Assembly: GCA_965200315.1 (NCBI GenBank)
Contig: OZ241362.1
Coordinates: 3,488,001-3,552,000, forward strand
Direction: 5' to 3'
Source of the DNA: Candidatus Latescibacterota bacterium
GTDB lineage: Bacteria > Latescibacterota > UBA2968 > UBA8231
Length of the DNA: 64,000 nt
The translations under genes were made by a program, and so were the position numbers. This document shows, in pieces, positions 19,741-28,456 of the stretch. The notes below the pieces were generated by a model. The model ran no database searches and was not told the origin of the DNA. It saw only the letters and a program-made list of their open reading frames with translations. The first letter of the stretch is position 1. Every line of letters begins with the position of its first letter.

Positions 19741-20874
19741 ATGGCTAAAAATAAGGCTTCGGATGATTTGCAATTTGAACCTGATCTTGGAGGTTACGAA
19801 AAAGCGTTCGAGGAATCTTTTACAAGAGAAAACGAGAAGTTTGAGGAAATCAAGAGGCAAAAATTAATTATATCAATGTACGGTAGTGTGAATAGTGGAA
19901 AATCTACCACTATCAATGCTCTTACTGGCCGCAAACTGGCCGATGTAAAGGCTGTAGCAGGTTGGACTAAAGAGATTCGGTTGTATGAATTCAGCCGAAA
20001 TGTCTATATCACCGATACACCTGGACTAGATGATGTCAACGAGGAGAATAGTGCCCGAGCACAAGAATTTGTCGAAAAGGATACAGATATCATCCTTTTC
20101 TTTTTTAACGCCAGTGTCGGTGCTTCAAAGTCCACAGTTGATGCTTATAAAGAATTACAGAAACTCGGGAAACCAATCATTCCCGTGCTGAACAAGATTG
20201 ATTCACTCACCTTTGATGAACGGGAGGAAGTGGCGGAAGATATAAAAAACAGGACGGGTGCTCGGGTTGTGTCTATCTCCGCTCGCGACAATAGCGGCAT
20301 TGACGTTTTAAACCGAAAAATAGTGGAAATGCTGGAGTCTGTGGGAAAGGAATTACTCTACCTAAAAATCTCAAAATATAAAGACGAACAAGTAGATATA
20401 TGGATAATGGGCGCAGCAACCACTGCTGCAGGCCTTGGTGCAATTCCCGTACCGGGTGCAGATATACTCCCATTAACTACGCTGCAAGTTGGTCTTGCAC
20501 TAAAGATAGCGCATGTATATGAATGCGAAGTGACTAAAAAGGATGTGATGCAATTGGTCGCCGCTACAGTAACGGGAGGGCTTGGGCGACAAGTTTATCG
20601 TTGGGGCATTCAAGGCTTGAAAGGGTTGGGGTGGCTTGGAGGACCTATTGGTGGAGGAGCTGTTATGGCTTTAGCCGCCAGCGTTGCGGCATCGGTCACT
20701 TATGGCTTTGGCCAGACGTGTAAGGCATATTACAAAAGCGGAATGGCGTTTGATTTAGATGAAGCTGGTGAGATGTTCAAAAAATATGCCGCCGTTGCCC
20801 TTTCAACTCTCCGCCTCGACGAGGGGTTAGCGGCGGCCCTACGCGCACTTTTGTCGCTTAAAAATAAATCCTAA
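19741..20874 (+). CDS. Era/HSR1-like GTPase fused to a DUF697-like hydrophobic domain
   Basis: G1 GSVNSGKST, G2 GWT, G3 DTPG, G4 NKID, G5 SA; AAGLGAIPVPGADILPLTTLQ plus Gly-rich hydrophobic helices; AGGAG SD; low GC. Confidence 0.85.
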   Translation: MAKNKASDDLQFEPDLGGYEKAFEESFTRENEKFEEIKRQKLIISMYGSVNSGKSTTINALTGRKLADVKAVAGWTKEIRLYEFSRNVYITDTPGLDDVNEENSARAQEFVEKDTDIILFFFNASVGASKSTVDAYKELQKLGKPIIPVLNKIDSLTFDEREEVAEDIKNRTGARVVSISARDNSGIDVLNRKIVEMLESVGKELLYLKISKYKDEQVDIWIMGAATTAAGLGAIPVPGADILPLTTLQVGLALKIAHVYECEVTKKDVMQLVAATVTGGLGRQVYRWGIQGLKGLGWLGGPIGGGAVMALAASVAASVTYGFGQTCKAYYKSGMAFDLDEAGEMFKKYAAVALSTLRLDEGLAAALRALLSLKNKS

Positions 20875-20937
20875 GCGTTGAAGTGCATTTTGGGCTTTCT
20901 GCGACGAGATGCCAGAGGGAATTTTAGGATTAGGCAA
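20839..20937 (-). pseudogene. hicA: Truncated HicA toxin
   Basis: TTG start overlaps the HicB stop; MPNPKIPSGISSQKAQNALQRLGFIFKRQK breaks off where GSH is expected. Confidence 0.65.
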
Positions 20938-21127
20938 GGTGCAACTCTCTCTGATGGCTTTCTGTAACTTCTTCTAAGTAGAGAGATACGGCTTCTTTGA
21001 GATTGTTAAAAGCCTCTTCCTCATCCTTGCCTTGGCTGGCTATTCCGATCTGAGGACAATGAGATACGTACAGTCCTTTTTTCTCTTTATAGATTTCAGC
21101 CGTTAGGATTGTTCCTTGTTTCGACAT
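20930..21127 (-). CDS. hicB: HicB family antitoxin (short form)
   Basis: YVSHCPQIGIASQGKDEEEAFNNLKEAVSLYLE; AAGGAG SD. Confidence 0.85.
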   Translation of the reverse strand: MSKQGTILTAEIYKEKKGLYVSHCPQIGIASQGKDEEEAFNNLKEAVSLYLEEVTESHQRELHLA

Positions 21128-21353
21128 AAGCAACTCCTTTCTTTGGGATAAGTAATTAGAACAGACTTCACCCGGCGACTCCATAGGGAGGGTGGGGTTG
21201 GGCGAATTTAGAAGGTGCTCTTTTCCTTAGCAAGTTGGGCCATTTTTCCCTTGGCAAAACCCGTGCCAAAAGCGCGGTTTTTTCGTACTAGCCCACTACC
21301 CGAGTTTTGCGTTGCGTGGGATGGATGTAGCCTGCGTAATAAGCTGACCAGAG

Positions 21354-22190
21354 CTAATCCTCGCGGCGCGGCCGGACCACAGTTTCACCGTCCGGTTCGA
21401 TGAGGGGATGGTGGTAGATGTAAGGCGGCTCGAGTACCGCCTGTTGCGCCTCGGTCAATTCCGCCACCCATGCTGGCTGCGCGACCTCGTACGTACCGCC
21501 GTCGTAGTGCAGGTACTTTGGCGTGTACCGATAGAGCAGGGCGCGGCGGTCGTGGTCCGCCTGCCACGGCAGGGTGCCGTGCAAGGTGTTCTCGCTAAAG
21601 ATGACCATGTCGCCGGCCTTCAGGGGCACTTGGTAAACGACCTCTTGGTGCTCTTCCCAAGTGGTGATTTTTGGAGGGCAGGAAAAGTTCGCCTTATGGC
21701 TGCCCGGAATGACGCAGAGGCCGCCGTCACCGGGGTTTTGGTCGTGCAGCGTGTACTGGACGACGAGCAGGCCACAGCGCATCTGGCCGTTGGAGTACGC
21801 GTAGAAGCGGGAGCCATTGAAGAGGACGTTGGTGGTGCCGTGGATGCGCAGGCCCTCGATCCCCTTGGAACCGGTGATCATAAACGGCTCGTGGTCGAGC
21901 TTCCAGCCGCGTCCGTGTAGGGTGTCGAGGTAAGGCAGGAGTTTGCGGTGTGCAAGCAGGTCGCGGAAGGGCTGGCAATGGGGCTGCTCCCAAGTGAGCA
22001 TGCCGGTGAAAATGCTGCGCTTGTTCAGCCCGGCCATGTTGCCGCTGGGATCGCCGATTGGGTCTTCGCGGCACTGGTCCCGGTTGGCGTCGAAAGCGTC
22101 GTTGAGTGCTTTGACTTCGCCCGGCGAGAGAAACCCGCGGACGACGATGAAGCCCTGCAAGTCGAAGAGAAATTTTTCAGTGTCGTTCAC
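21354..22190 (-). CDS. PhyH/phytanoyl-CoA dioxygenase family protein
   Basis: FLFDLQGFIVV, GGLCVIPGSHK, AGDMVIFSENTLHG. Confidence 0.88.
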   Translation of the reverse strand: MNDTEKFLFDLQGFIVVRGFLSPGEVKALNDAFDANRDQCREDPIGDPSGNMAGLNKRSIFTGMLTWEQPHCQPFRDLLAHRKLLPYLDTLHGRGWKLDHEPFMITGSKGIEGLRIHGTTNVLFNGSRFYAYSNGQMRCGLLVVQYTLHDQNPGDGGLCVIPGSHKANFSCPPKITTWEEHQEVVYQVPLKAGDMVIFSENTLHGTLPWQADHDRRALLYRYTPKYLHYDGGTYEVAQPAWVAELTEAQQAVLEPPYIYHHPLIEPDGETVVRPRRED

Positions 22191-22220
22191 GTCGATTCTG
22201 ACCTCCTATCAGTTGTTGAA

Positions 22221-23393
22221 TCACCCACTCCGCCCCAAGCGCACGTCCTCGGCCGCCAGCCACTCGGAGTAGGGGCGCGGCATAGGATCAGGGGCGGGCA
22301 GGCCGTTTTCGCGCCGCCAGCGCAAGAGGGGATGGGTGCGGTCCTGCTGGGGCAAACCTACTCGTTTGCCGTACGCGGCGGACTCGAAGATGCCCATCAT
22401 AATTTCTACGATGTGATGGCCGGCTTGGCCGCTGCATTCGTGTTCGCGGCCTTCGTCGAGTGCCGCGACGTATTCCTCTACATAGGCGTAGTCGTCTGGG
22501 TGGGCCGAACTCTGCGGATCGTAGCTCTCGCAGTAGATAGGCGAAAGCACTTCCCACGGTTCTCTTGCGTTGTTGAGGGCGTAGTGCGGCTGCGGCAGCA
22601 GGAACGCGCCGAGGTCCCTTTTCCAGACGAGCTGGGAGAGCACTAAGCGGCCTTCGCTGCCGCAGAATTCTATCACCGGATTGACCGAGGTGGGAAAGCG
22701 GTGTTGCAGGAGGGTTGCGGTGACGCCGTCGGCAAAGCTGAGCGTCGCCGTGATGTGCTCGCCAGCGATGGTGCCCATGCCCTGCGGCGAGGGCACCACA
22801 TCCGTCGGGGTGATGGGGCGACCAGCGGTGGTGGCCGTGGCCACGACGCTGTGGCACGGGCCGGCGACCTTGAGCATGTTGTTGATCATGTGTGTACCAA
22901 TGTTCATCAGATTGTAGCCGCCGTAGTAGTTCTTGCCGTGGCCGTGGATGTGGCGCAACTGGCCGATGCGCCCTTCGGCAAGGGCTTTGGCCACGGCTTT
23001 CATATAGACGCCGACGCGCCCTTGATGATGCACGGCGATGCGTGCGTTTTTTTTCTGGCCCTTGGCTAGCACTTCGTCGGCCTGCTGGCAATCGACGCAC
23101 AGGGGTTTTTCAATGTCGATGTGGACGCCGTATTCGAGTGTGCGTAGTGCCAGCGGGTGGTGGAATTCCGTGCCAGTGGGAATGGCGATGATGTCGGGTT
23201 GGTGCTGGCCGATCATCGCGTCTAGATCGGTGTAGCGGGCTGCGACCCCGAGTTCGTCGCCTAGGGTGTTGAGCCGGTCTTGCACGAGGTCGCAGAGAGC
23301 GACGATTTCCGTGCGGGGGTGGGCGTGGTACGCGCGTGCTGCGGCCGTGCCGCGGCCCCGGCAACCCAGTATGGCCACGCGATAGGTTTTCAT
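22221..23393 (-). CDS. Gfo/Idh/MocA oxidoreductase
   Basis: VAILGCRGRG, IEKP, NIGTHMIN. Confidence 0.88.
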   Translation of the reverse strand: MKTYRVAILGCRGRGTAAARAYHAHPRTEIVALCDLVQDRLNTLGDELGVAARYTDLDAMIGQHQPDIIAIPTGTEFHHPLALRTLEYGVHIDIEKPLCVDCQQADEVLAKGQKKNARIAVHHQGRVGVYMKAVAKALAEGRIGQLRHIHGHGKNYYGGYNLMNIGTHMINNMLKVAGPCHSVVATATTAGRPITPTDVVPSPQGMGTIAGEHITATLSFADGVTATLLQHRFPTSVNPVIEFCGSEGRLVLSQLVWKRDLGAFLLPQPHYALNNAREPWEVLSPIYCESYDPQSSAHPDDYAYVEEYVAALDEGREHECSGQAGHHIVEIMMGIFESAAYGKRVGLPQQDRTHPLLRWRRENGLPAPDPMPRPYSEWLAAEDVRLGRSG

Positions 23394-23414
23394 AGAAATC
23401 TCCTAGTCTGAGTG

Positions 23415-23443
23415 TTGGAAGTCGAGAAGTCGACGCCTATATT
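23415..23443 (+). promoter_or_regulatory. Candidate promoter, similar to the one at 24929
   Basis: TTGGAA-17 bp-TATATT followed by CGCCTCGGCGC. Confidence 0.5.
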
Positions 23444-23513
23444 GAGCGTGGTTCGCCTCGGCGCCAAAGGGTGCTGAGGTATTATAACAAAATGTGGTAC
23501 TAAGGAGAAAAAT

Positions 23514-24395
23514 ATGGGACAGTTCCACGGCGTGGTGCCGGCGATTATCAGTCCAAAAAACGAGGATGGCACCTTAAACGAAGCGGCCTTCCGCGCCACA
23601 ATGGAGTTCAATATACAAGCCGGCGTACACGGATTTTGGGTCGCCGGCGGCACTGGCGAGAGCGTCCTGCTCGACGACGAGGAAAACCAGCGCATCGCCG
23701 AAATCGCCGCCGACCAGAACGCGGGACGCACCCAAGTCATCATGCACGTGGGGGCCAACACTACGGCACGGGCCGAAAAACTGGCGGCCCACGCAGCCCA
23801 AACCGGCGTGGAAGCCGTCTGTGCGGTGCCGCCCTTTTTCTACCAAGGCGACGATGATGGCGTGGTAGCATACTATCGGGCCGTGGGGGCTGCGGCCGAC
23901 CGGCCGTTGTTCATCTACAATTTGCCTGGCTGCACCGGTCTCGATGTCGGCCCGGCCCTAATGCAGCGTCTAGTCGAGGAAGTAACCCAAACTGTCGGTT
24001 TGAAACACTCGTCGCCGATATTCGCCAATCTGCTCGAATTCGTCGGCATGGGGCTAGCCGCCTTTATCGGCAGCGGCAAGCTAATGTTGCCGGCCATGAC
24101 CGTCGGGGCTGTCGGGTCGGTTGATGGTCCTTTGTGCGCGGCCCCAGAACTGTGGATGGCCATTTGGAATGCCTACCAAGCGGGCGATTTGGCCGCCGCA
24201 AAACAAGCTCAGGAACGGGCTAATGCTTTTCACCGCACGGTGACGCAATTCGGCTATTTCGGCAGCGTCTTGGCCGTGGTCAGTCAGCGCATCGGGATGG
24301 AGTGCGGCGACCCCCGGCGTCCGTTGCGATCTGTGCGCCCCGATGAGCGCGAGACGCTGTTGGCGCAGGCGGAGGCTCTTGGGCTTAGCCGTTGA
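23514..24395 (+). CDS. Dihydrodipicolinate synthase/N-acetylneuraminate lyase family protein
   Basis: GVVPAIISP, GGTGE, PPFFY, IYNLP, GLKHS. Confidence 0.9.
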   Translation: MGQFHGVVPAIISPKNEDGTLNEAAFRATMEFNIQAGVHGFWVAGGTGESVLLDDEENQRIAEIAADQNAGRTQVIMHVGANTTARAEKLAAHAAQTGVEAVCAVPPFFYQGDDDGVVAYYRAVGAAADRPLFIYNLPGCTGLDVGPALMQRLVEEVTQTVGLKHSSPIFANLLEFVGMGLAAFIGSGKLMLPAMTVGAVGSVDGPLCAAPELWMAIWNAYQAGDLAAAKQAQERANAFHRTVTQFGYFGSVLAVVSQRIGMECGDPRRPLRSVRPDERETLLAQAEALGLSR

Positions 24396-24426
24396 GTTCG
24401 CGGGCGACGAAAAGATTAGAAAAAAT

Positions 24427-24466
24427 AAAAAGGGGATGAGGTGTGTTGAACCTCGTCCCCTTTTTT
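24427..24466. terminator. Bidirectional rho-independent terminator
   Basis: A5-GGGGATGAGG-loop-CCTCGTCCCC-T6 between convergent genes. Confidence 0.85.
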
Positions 24467-24490
24467 GCTGCCTTGCCGGTATGCAGAGCG

Positions 24491-24765
24491 CTAGTGGCCG
24501 ATGTGGTTTTTGATGCGGCCCCAAGTGGTGTATTCTATGGCGGTTCCTGTGTCGGCAAAGGAGTCTGGGTAGTTTTCGATGTCCGTGGTCAGCAGGCACA
24601 GGGCGTCGGCAGCTTGGCCTGCATCTCCCAATCGTCTTCCATGCCGTCGATGTTGATGGCGAGCGGGTCGGGAACGGTGGGCAGGAAATTGGTTAGGCCA
24701 TTGTGGCCGAAGGCAGTGCCGGTAAAGGCGACTGCGAGGATGAGCAACAGCCTTGCGCGTTTCAT
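24491..24765 (-). pseudogene. Secreted protein with C-terminal TWGRIK motif, internally deleted
   Basis: Signal peptide MKRARLLLILAVAFTGTAFG..INIDGMEDDW in one frame; ..TAIEYTTWGRIKNHIGH* in another. Confidence 0.65.
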
Positions 24766-24928
24766 CCGATCGCCTTTGCAGAGTGAACGATATGGGGTGC
24801 CCACAGAAGGACATCCATATTGTTAAGGGCAGGCTATGGAAACGATAGGGGATAGAGGGGTTTTTTGTCGAGTTTTAGCGGTTTTTCCCCGACAAAAGGA
24901 GGGGAAGCAGGTGGTCTTGTATGCTATT

Positions 24929-24957
24929 TTGGAAGGAGAGAAATCCAAACCTATATT
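24929..24957 (+). promoter_or_regulatory. Candidate promoter of the sugar ABC operon
   Basis: TTGGAA-17 bp-TATATT followed by CGCCTCGGCGC. Confidence 0.5.
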
Positions 24958-25021
24958 GAATCTGATCCGCCTCGGCGCGCCGTTGCCGAGCAAACGTTTT
25001 AACCGATAGAAAGGAACGCCA

Positions 25022-25951
25022 ATGTTTAAGACGAGGATGGTTGCGCTTGCCAGCGCACTGCTGGCACTGAATGCGCCGTTAGCCGAGGCCAAAACCTTTT
25101 ATTGGATTTCGCACGGCTCGCCCGCCGACCCGGTGTGGACCTACTTTCTGGCTGGCGCACGTCAGTGGCAACAAGATACCGGACACGAGGTCAACACGTC
25201 CTTCCACAACGGCGACGTGGCTTCCCATCAGGAGGCTGTGCGCGCTGCTATTGCCGCTGGGGCCGACGGCATTGTCACCAGCAGCCCCGACCCGGGCAGT
25301 TTGGTGCGAGTGGCCAACGAAGCCAACGAAGCCAACATACCCATCATCAACATGAACACGCCCGACCCCACCGCCAGTTTTGACGCTTATGTTGGGGGCG
25401 ACCTAGTAGCGGTCGGTCGGCAGTGGGCGCAGTACTTGGTTGACAAGGGCTTGGTCGAATCCGGCGACTTCGTGTGGTTGCCGGTGGAAGTTCTTGGCGC
25501 GACCTATGGAGTCCAAGAGGAACAAGGCGTCGCCAGCGTCTTTGAGCCGTTGGGCATCACGTGGGAAGTCACCGACGCTACCCTCGACCAAGCCGAAGTC
25601 ATCGCTCGCATGGTCGATTACATGACCGCCAACTACGACAAAATCGACGCGATCATCGGCCTCGGCGACTTGGTGACCGGCAGCATCAAGCGCGTGTTCG
25701 ACCAGTGCGGTATCGCGCCCGGGGAGATTCCGGTCGTCGGCTGGGGCAATTCCCTCGACACGACCCAAGAGGTGCTAGCCGGATACGTGAATGCCGCCCA
25801 GTGGCAAGACCCGCATGCGACTAGCTACGTGGCCCTGTCGTTGGCGGCCATGGCAGCGAGCGGCATCCCCCCGGGCTTTGACGTGATCACCGGCATGCTC
25901 TACGAGGCCGATAAGGCCCAGCTATACGACGACATCCTGTCGGGCAAATAG
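25022..25951 (+). CDS. Sugar ABC transporter substrate-binding protein (RbsB-like)
   Basis: Signal peptide; ISHGSPADPVW, GADGIV, IPIINMN, YVGGD. Confidence 0.9.
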   Translation: MFKTRMVALASALLALNAPLAEAKTFYWISHGSPADPVWTYFLAGARQWQQDTGHEVNTSFHNGDVASHQEAVRAAIAAGADGIVTSSPDPGSLVRVANEANEANIPIINMNTPDPTASFDAYVGGDLVAVGRQWAQYLVDKGLVESGDFVWLPVEVLGATYGVQEEQGVASVFEPLGITWEVTDATLDQAEVIARMVDYMTANYDKIDAIIGLGDLVTGSIKRVFDQCGIAPGEIPVVGWGNSLDTTQEVLAGYVNAAQWQDPHATSYVALSLAAMAASGIPPGFDVITGMLYEADKAQLYDDILSGK

Positions 25952-26932
25952 ATGAACGCGGCCGTACAGCGCATTCTGTCGCGCCCCGAATGCGGGCCGT
26001 TGGTCCTGCTGGTTGCCATGATCTTCGTCTTTTGGCAGCTCAATCCGGCGTTTCTATCGCCGCGCAACATCGGCAACATGCTGGCCTTCACGGTGGAGCT
26101 GGGGCTGATCGCGCTGGCCATGACCTTGCTGATGACGGCCGGCGAATTCGACCTTTCGGTCGGCTCGCTGTTCGGGTTCTGCCCGGTGCTCATGTGGACC
26201 CTGTACAACACGGGGACTGCGTCCATTGAGGTCGGCTTTATCCTCGCCTTGGGTGCGGCCGCGGCTCTCGGCCTGTGCAGCGGCCTGTTCGTCACGCGCC
26301 TGCGGATTCCCTCGTTCTTAGTGACGCTCGGCATGTTGTTGGTTGTGCGAGGCAGCGCGCTGGTGGTGACGAGCGGGTTTCCGCAGCGGACTTGGGACGC
26401 TGCCGATCTCTTGCTCGCCAAGGTGCTGGTCGGGGATTTCAACATGGCCGGCCTGCGCGTGTACATGTCGCTGTTTTGGTTTGTGGCGGCTGCGCTGTTG
26501 CTCGGCTATTTGCTGACGCAGACCAAGATGGGGAACTGGCTCCAAGCTGCGGGCGGCAATGCCGAAGCCGCGCGCGCCCGCGGGGTGGCCGTAGAGCGCA
26601 CCAAGGTCAAGCTGTTTGTCCTCTCGGCCGTCATGGCGGGTTTCGCTGGCATCATCAGTTCCATTCGCACGGCCGCGGCTAACCCCAACAGCGGCACGGG
26701 CTACGAGCTGGAGGTCATCGCCATGGTGGTGATTGGCGGGACGGCCCTGACGGGCGGGCGCGGCACGATCATCGGCACGGTGCTCGGCGTGTTCATCTTG
26801 CGTCTGATGCGCAACGGCATTGTGCTCATCGGCGTACCTGGATTGGCGTACAACATTTTCATCGGCGCGATCATCTTGGCTATGATGGCTCTGCATTCGT
26901 GGGTTGATCGTCGGCGACAGGAAAGGTACTAG
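25952..26932 (+). CDS. Sugar ABC transporter permease (RbsC-like)
   Basis: GEFDLSVGS, IPSFLVTLG, GGNAEAARARG, YELEVIAMVVIGGTALTGGRG. Confidence 0.92.
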   Translation: MNAAVQRILSRPECGPLVLLVAMIFVFWQLNPAFLSPRNIGNMLAFTVELGLIALAMTLLMTAGEFDLSVGSLFGFCPVLMWTLYNTGTASIEVGFILALGAAAALGLCSGLFVTRLRIPSFLVTLGMLLVVRGSALVVTSGFPQRTWDAADLLLAKVLVGDFNMAGLRVYMSLFWFVAAALLLGYLLTQTKMGNWLQAAGGNAEAARARGVAVERTKVKLFVLSAVMAGFAGIISSIRTAAANPNSGTGYELEVIAMVVIGGTALTGGRGTIIGTVLGVFILRLMRNGIVLIGVPGLAYNIFIGAIILAMMALHSWVDRRRQERY

Positions 26933-27201
26933 GCGATGACTACGGCACTGGTATGATTCGATTTATTCATTTTTCTGGATTAGAGATAAGCAAAAGATCG
27001 GGCACTGCTGCTCGGGTCGCATAGGGGTTTTGGGTACTCGTTTAATGACCCTCCGAATAAGCCATTTTCGTTGACGATGGGAGTTTTTCTCGTTAGAGTA
27101 CTAATTAACAAATGGCAGGTTTCGGGATGTCGGATTGTCTCTTGGCAAATTCCCGCCGTGCTCATCTGATCTTGGATTGTTGGAAGGCACAGGAGAAACG
27201 T

Positions 27202-27414
27202 ATGAAGTCAATAGACTCCTTCAAAATAGATAAGAGCGTCCTTTCAATTGTATCCCTTTCTGAAGCATCAGACGAAAGGGAATACTGGCACTCGAAAACG
27301 CCGCATGAACGCCTGGAATCCATTGAATTGATGCGGCAAATTAACTATGGCTATGATCCAACTACCACCCGACTTCAAAGAGTTCTTGAAGTTGCTCAAC
27401 TCACATCGAGTTGA
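27202..27414 (+). CDS. Small hypothetical protein of the type found upstream of nucleotidyltransferases (antitoxin-like)
   Basis: AGGAG SD; EYWHSKTPHERLESIELMRQINYGY...RLQRVLEV; overlaps the next gene. Confidence 0.65.
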   Translation: MKSIDSFKIDKSVLSIVSLSEASDEREYWHSKTPHERLESIELMRQINYGYDPTTTRLQRVLEVAQLTSS

Positions 27415-27588
27415 GTATCTGCTCTTTTGACGACAATATCAGGTGTTGGTTTTGACGCTTGTTATTCAGAACGAATTGTTGATGTGATTGATAATGTCGA
27501 AGTTCACATTATCAATCTGAAACATTTGAAGCAGAACAAGCAAGCGAGTGGCAGGCATAAAGATTTGGATGACTTACAGTACCTTTGA
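27347..27588 (+). pseudogene. Nucleotidyltransferase with central deletion
   Basis: LPPDFKEFLKLLNSHRVEYLL joined out of frame to LTTISGVGFDACY...LKQNKQASGRHKDLDDL; the GG..DxD segment is absent. Confidence 0.7.
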
Positions 27589-27624
27589 AGCGTTCTAACA
27601 TTCCTGGTTGGGTCTCCATCCGCT

Positions 27625-27648
27625 GGGAACGAGGGCGTCTCGCCCGCG
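27625..27648. repeat. REP-like palindrome
   Basis: GGGAACGAGGGCGTCTCGCCCGC; an 18/23 identical copy lies at 44190. Confidence 0.5.
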
Positions 27649-27691
27649 AAAAACGCTGAACGCCAAGGCTTCTTTGAGAGCTTATATACCG

Positions 27692-28456
27692 ATGACAGCG
27701 GCGCTAGTCCAAATGAAAAACATCAGCAAGTCCTATGGCCAAGTGCGCGCCCTCGAAAACGTCCACCTGACGGTCGGCGAGCGCGAGATCGTCGGCTTGC
27801 TCGGCGACAATGGAGCAGGTAAATCCACCCTGATCAAAATTCTTTCCGGGGCCGTCCCCGCCAGCAGCGGCGACATCTTCATCCGCGGCGAAAAAGCCGA
27901 CATCAAGAACACAGCCGACGCCATTGGCTACGGCATTGAAACCATCTATCAGGACTCCGCCCTCGTAGCGGAATTGTCCATTGCGCGGAATTTTTTCTTG
28001 GGACGCGAGCCCCTGAAAGGCCCGGCGTTTTTAGGGCGCATGGACCAAGAGGCCATGGCGAATGTGGCCCGCACCTTGCTCAAGCAGGTGGGTATTGAAA
28101 AGGACATTCCCCCGACGACGCCCATCGGTGCGCTGTCAGGCGGCGAGCGTCAATCCGTAGCCATTGCGCGGGCCATGTACTTCGATAGCGAGCTAATCAT
28201 TCTCGACGAACCGACCAACAATTTGGGCGTGGCCGAGACGCAGGGCGTCTTGCGCTTCGTCCGCAGTGCCCGCGACTCGGGCCACTCCTGCATTTTCATC
28301 GCCCACAACATCCACCACGTCTTTGAGGTCGTGGACCGGATCGTGGTGCTGCGCCAAGGCCGCGTCGTCGCCGACGACATCGACCCCAAGGAGACGACCG
28401 TTGCCGAGGTGGAGCAGGTTATTACGGGGATGGCTAGGGGCGAACCTCGCGGTTAA
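27692..28456 (+). CDS. Sugar ABC transporter ATP-binding protein
   Basis: GDNGAGKST, LSGGERQ, ILDEPT. Confidence 0.92.
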   Translation: MTAALVQMKNISKSYGQVRALENVHLTVGEREIVGLLGDNGAGKSTLIKILSGAVPASSGDIFIRGEKADIKNTADAIGYGIETIYQDSALVAELSIARNFFLGREPLKGPAFLGRMDQEAMANVARTLLKQVGIEKDIPPTTPIGALSGGERQSVAIARAMYFDSELIILDEPTNNLGVAETQGVLRFVRSARDSGHSCIFIAHNIHHVFEVVDRIVVLRQGRVVADDIDPKETTVAEVEQVITGMARGEPRG

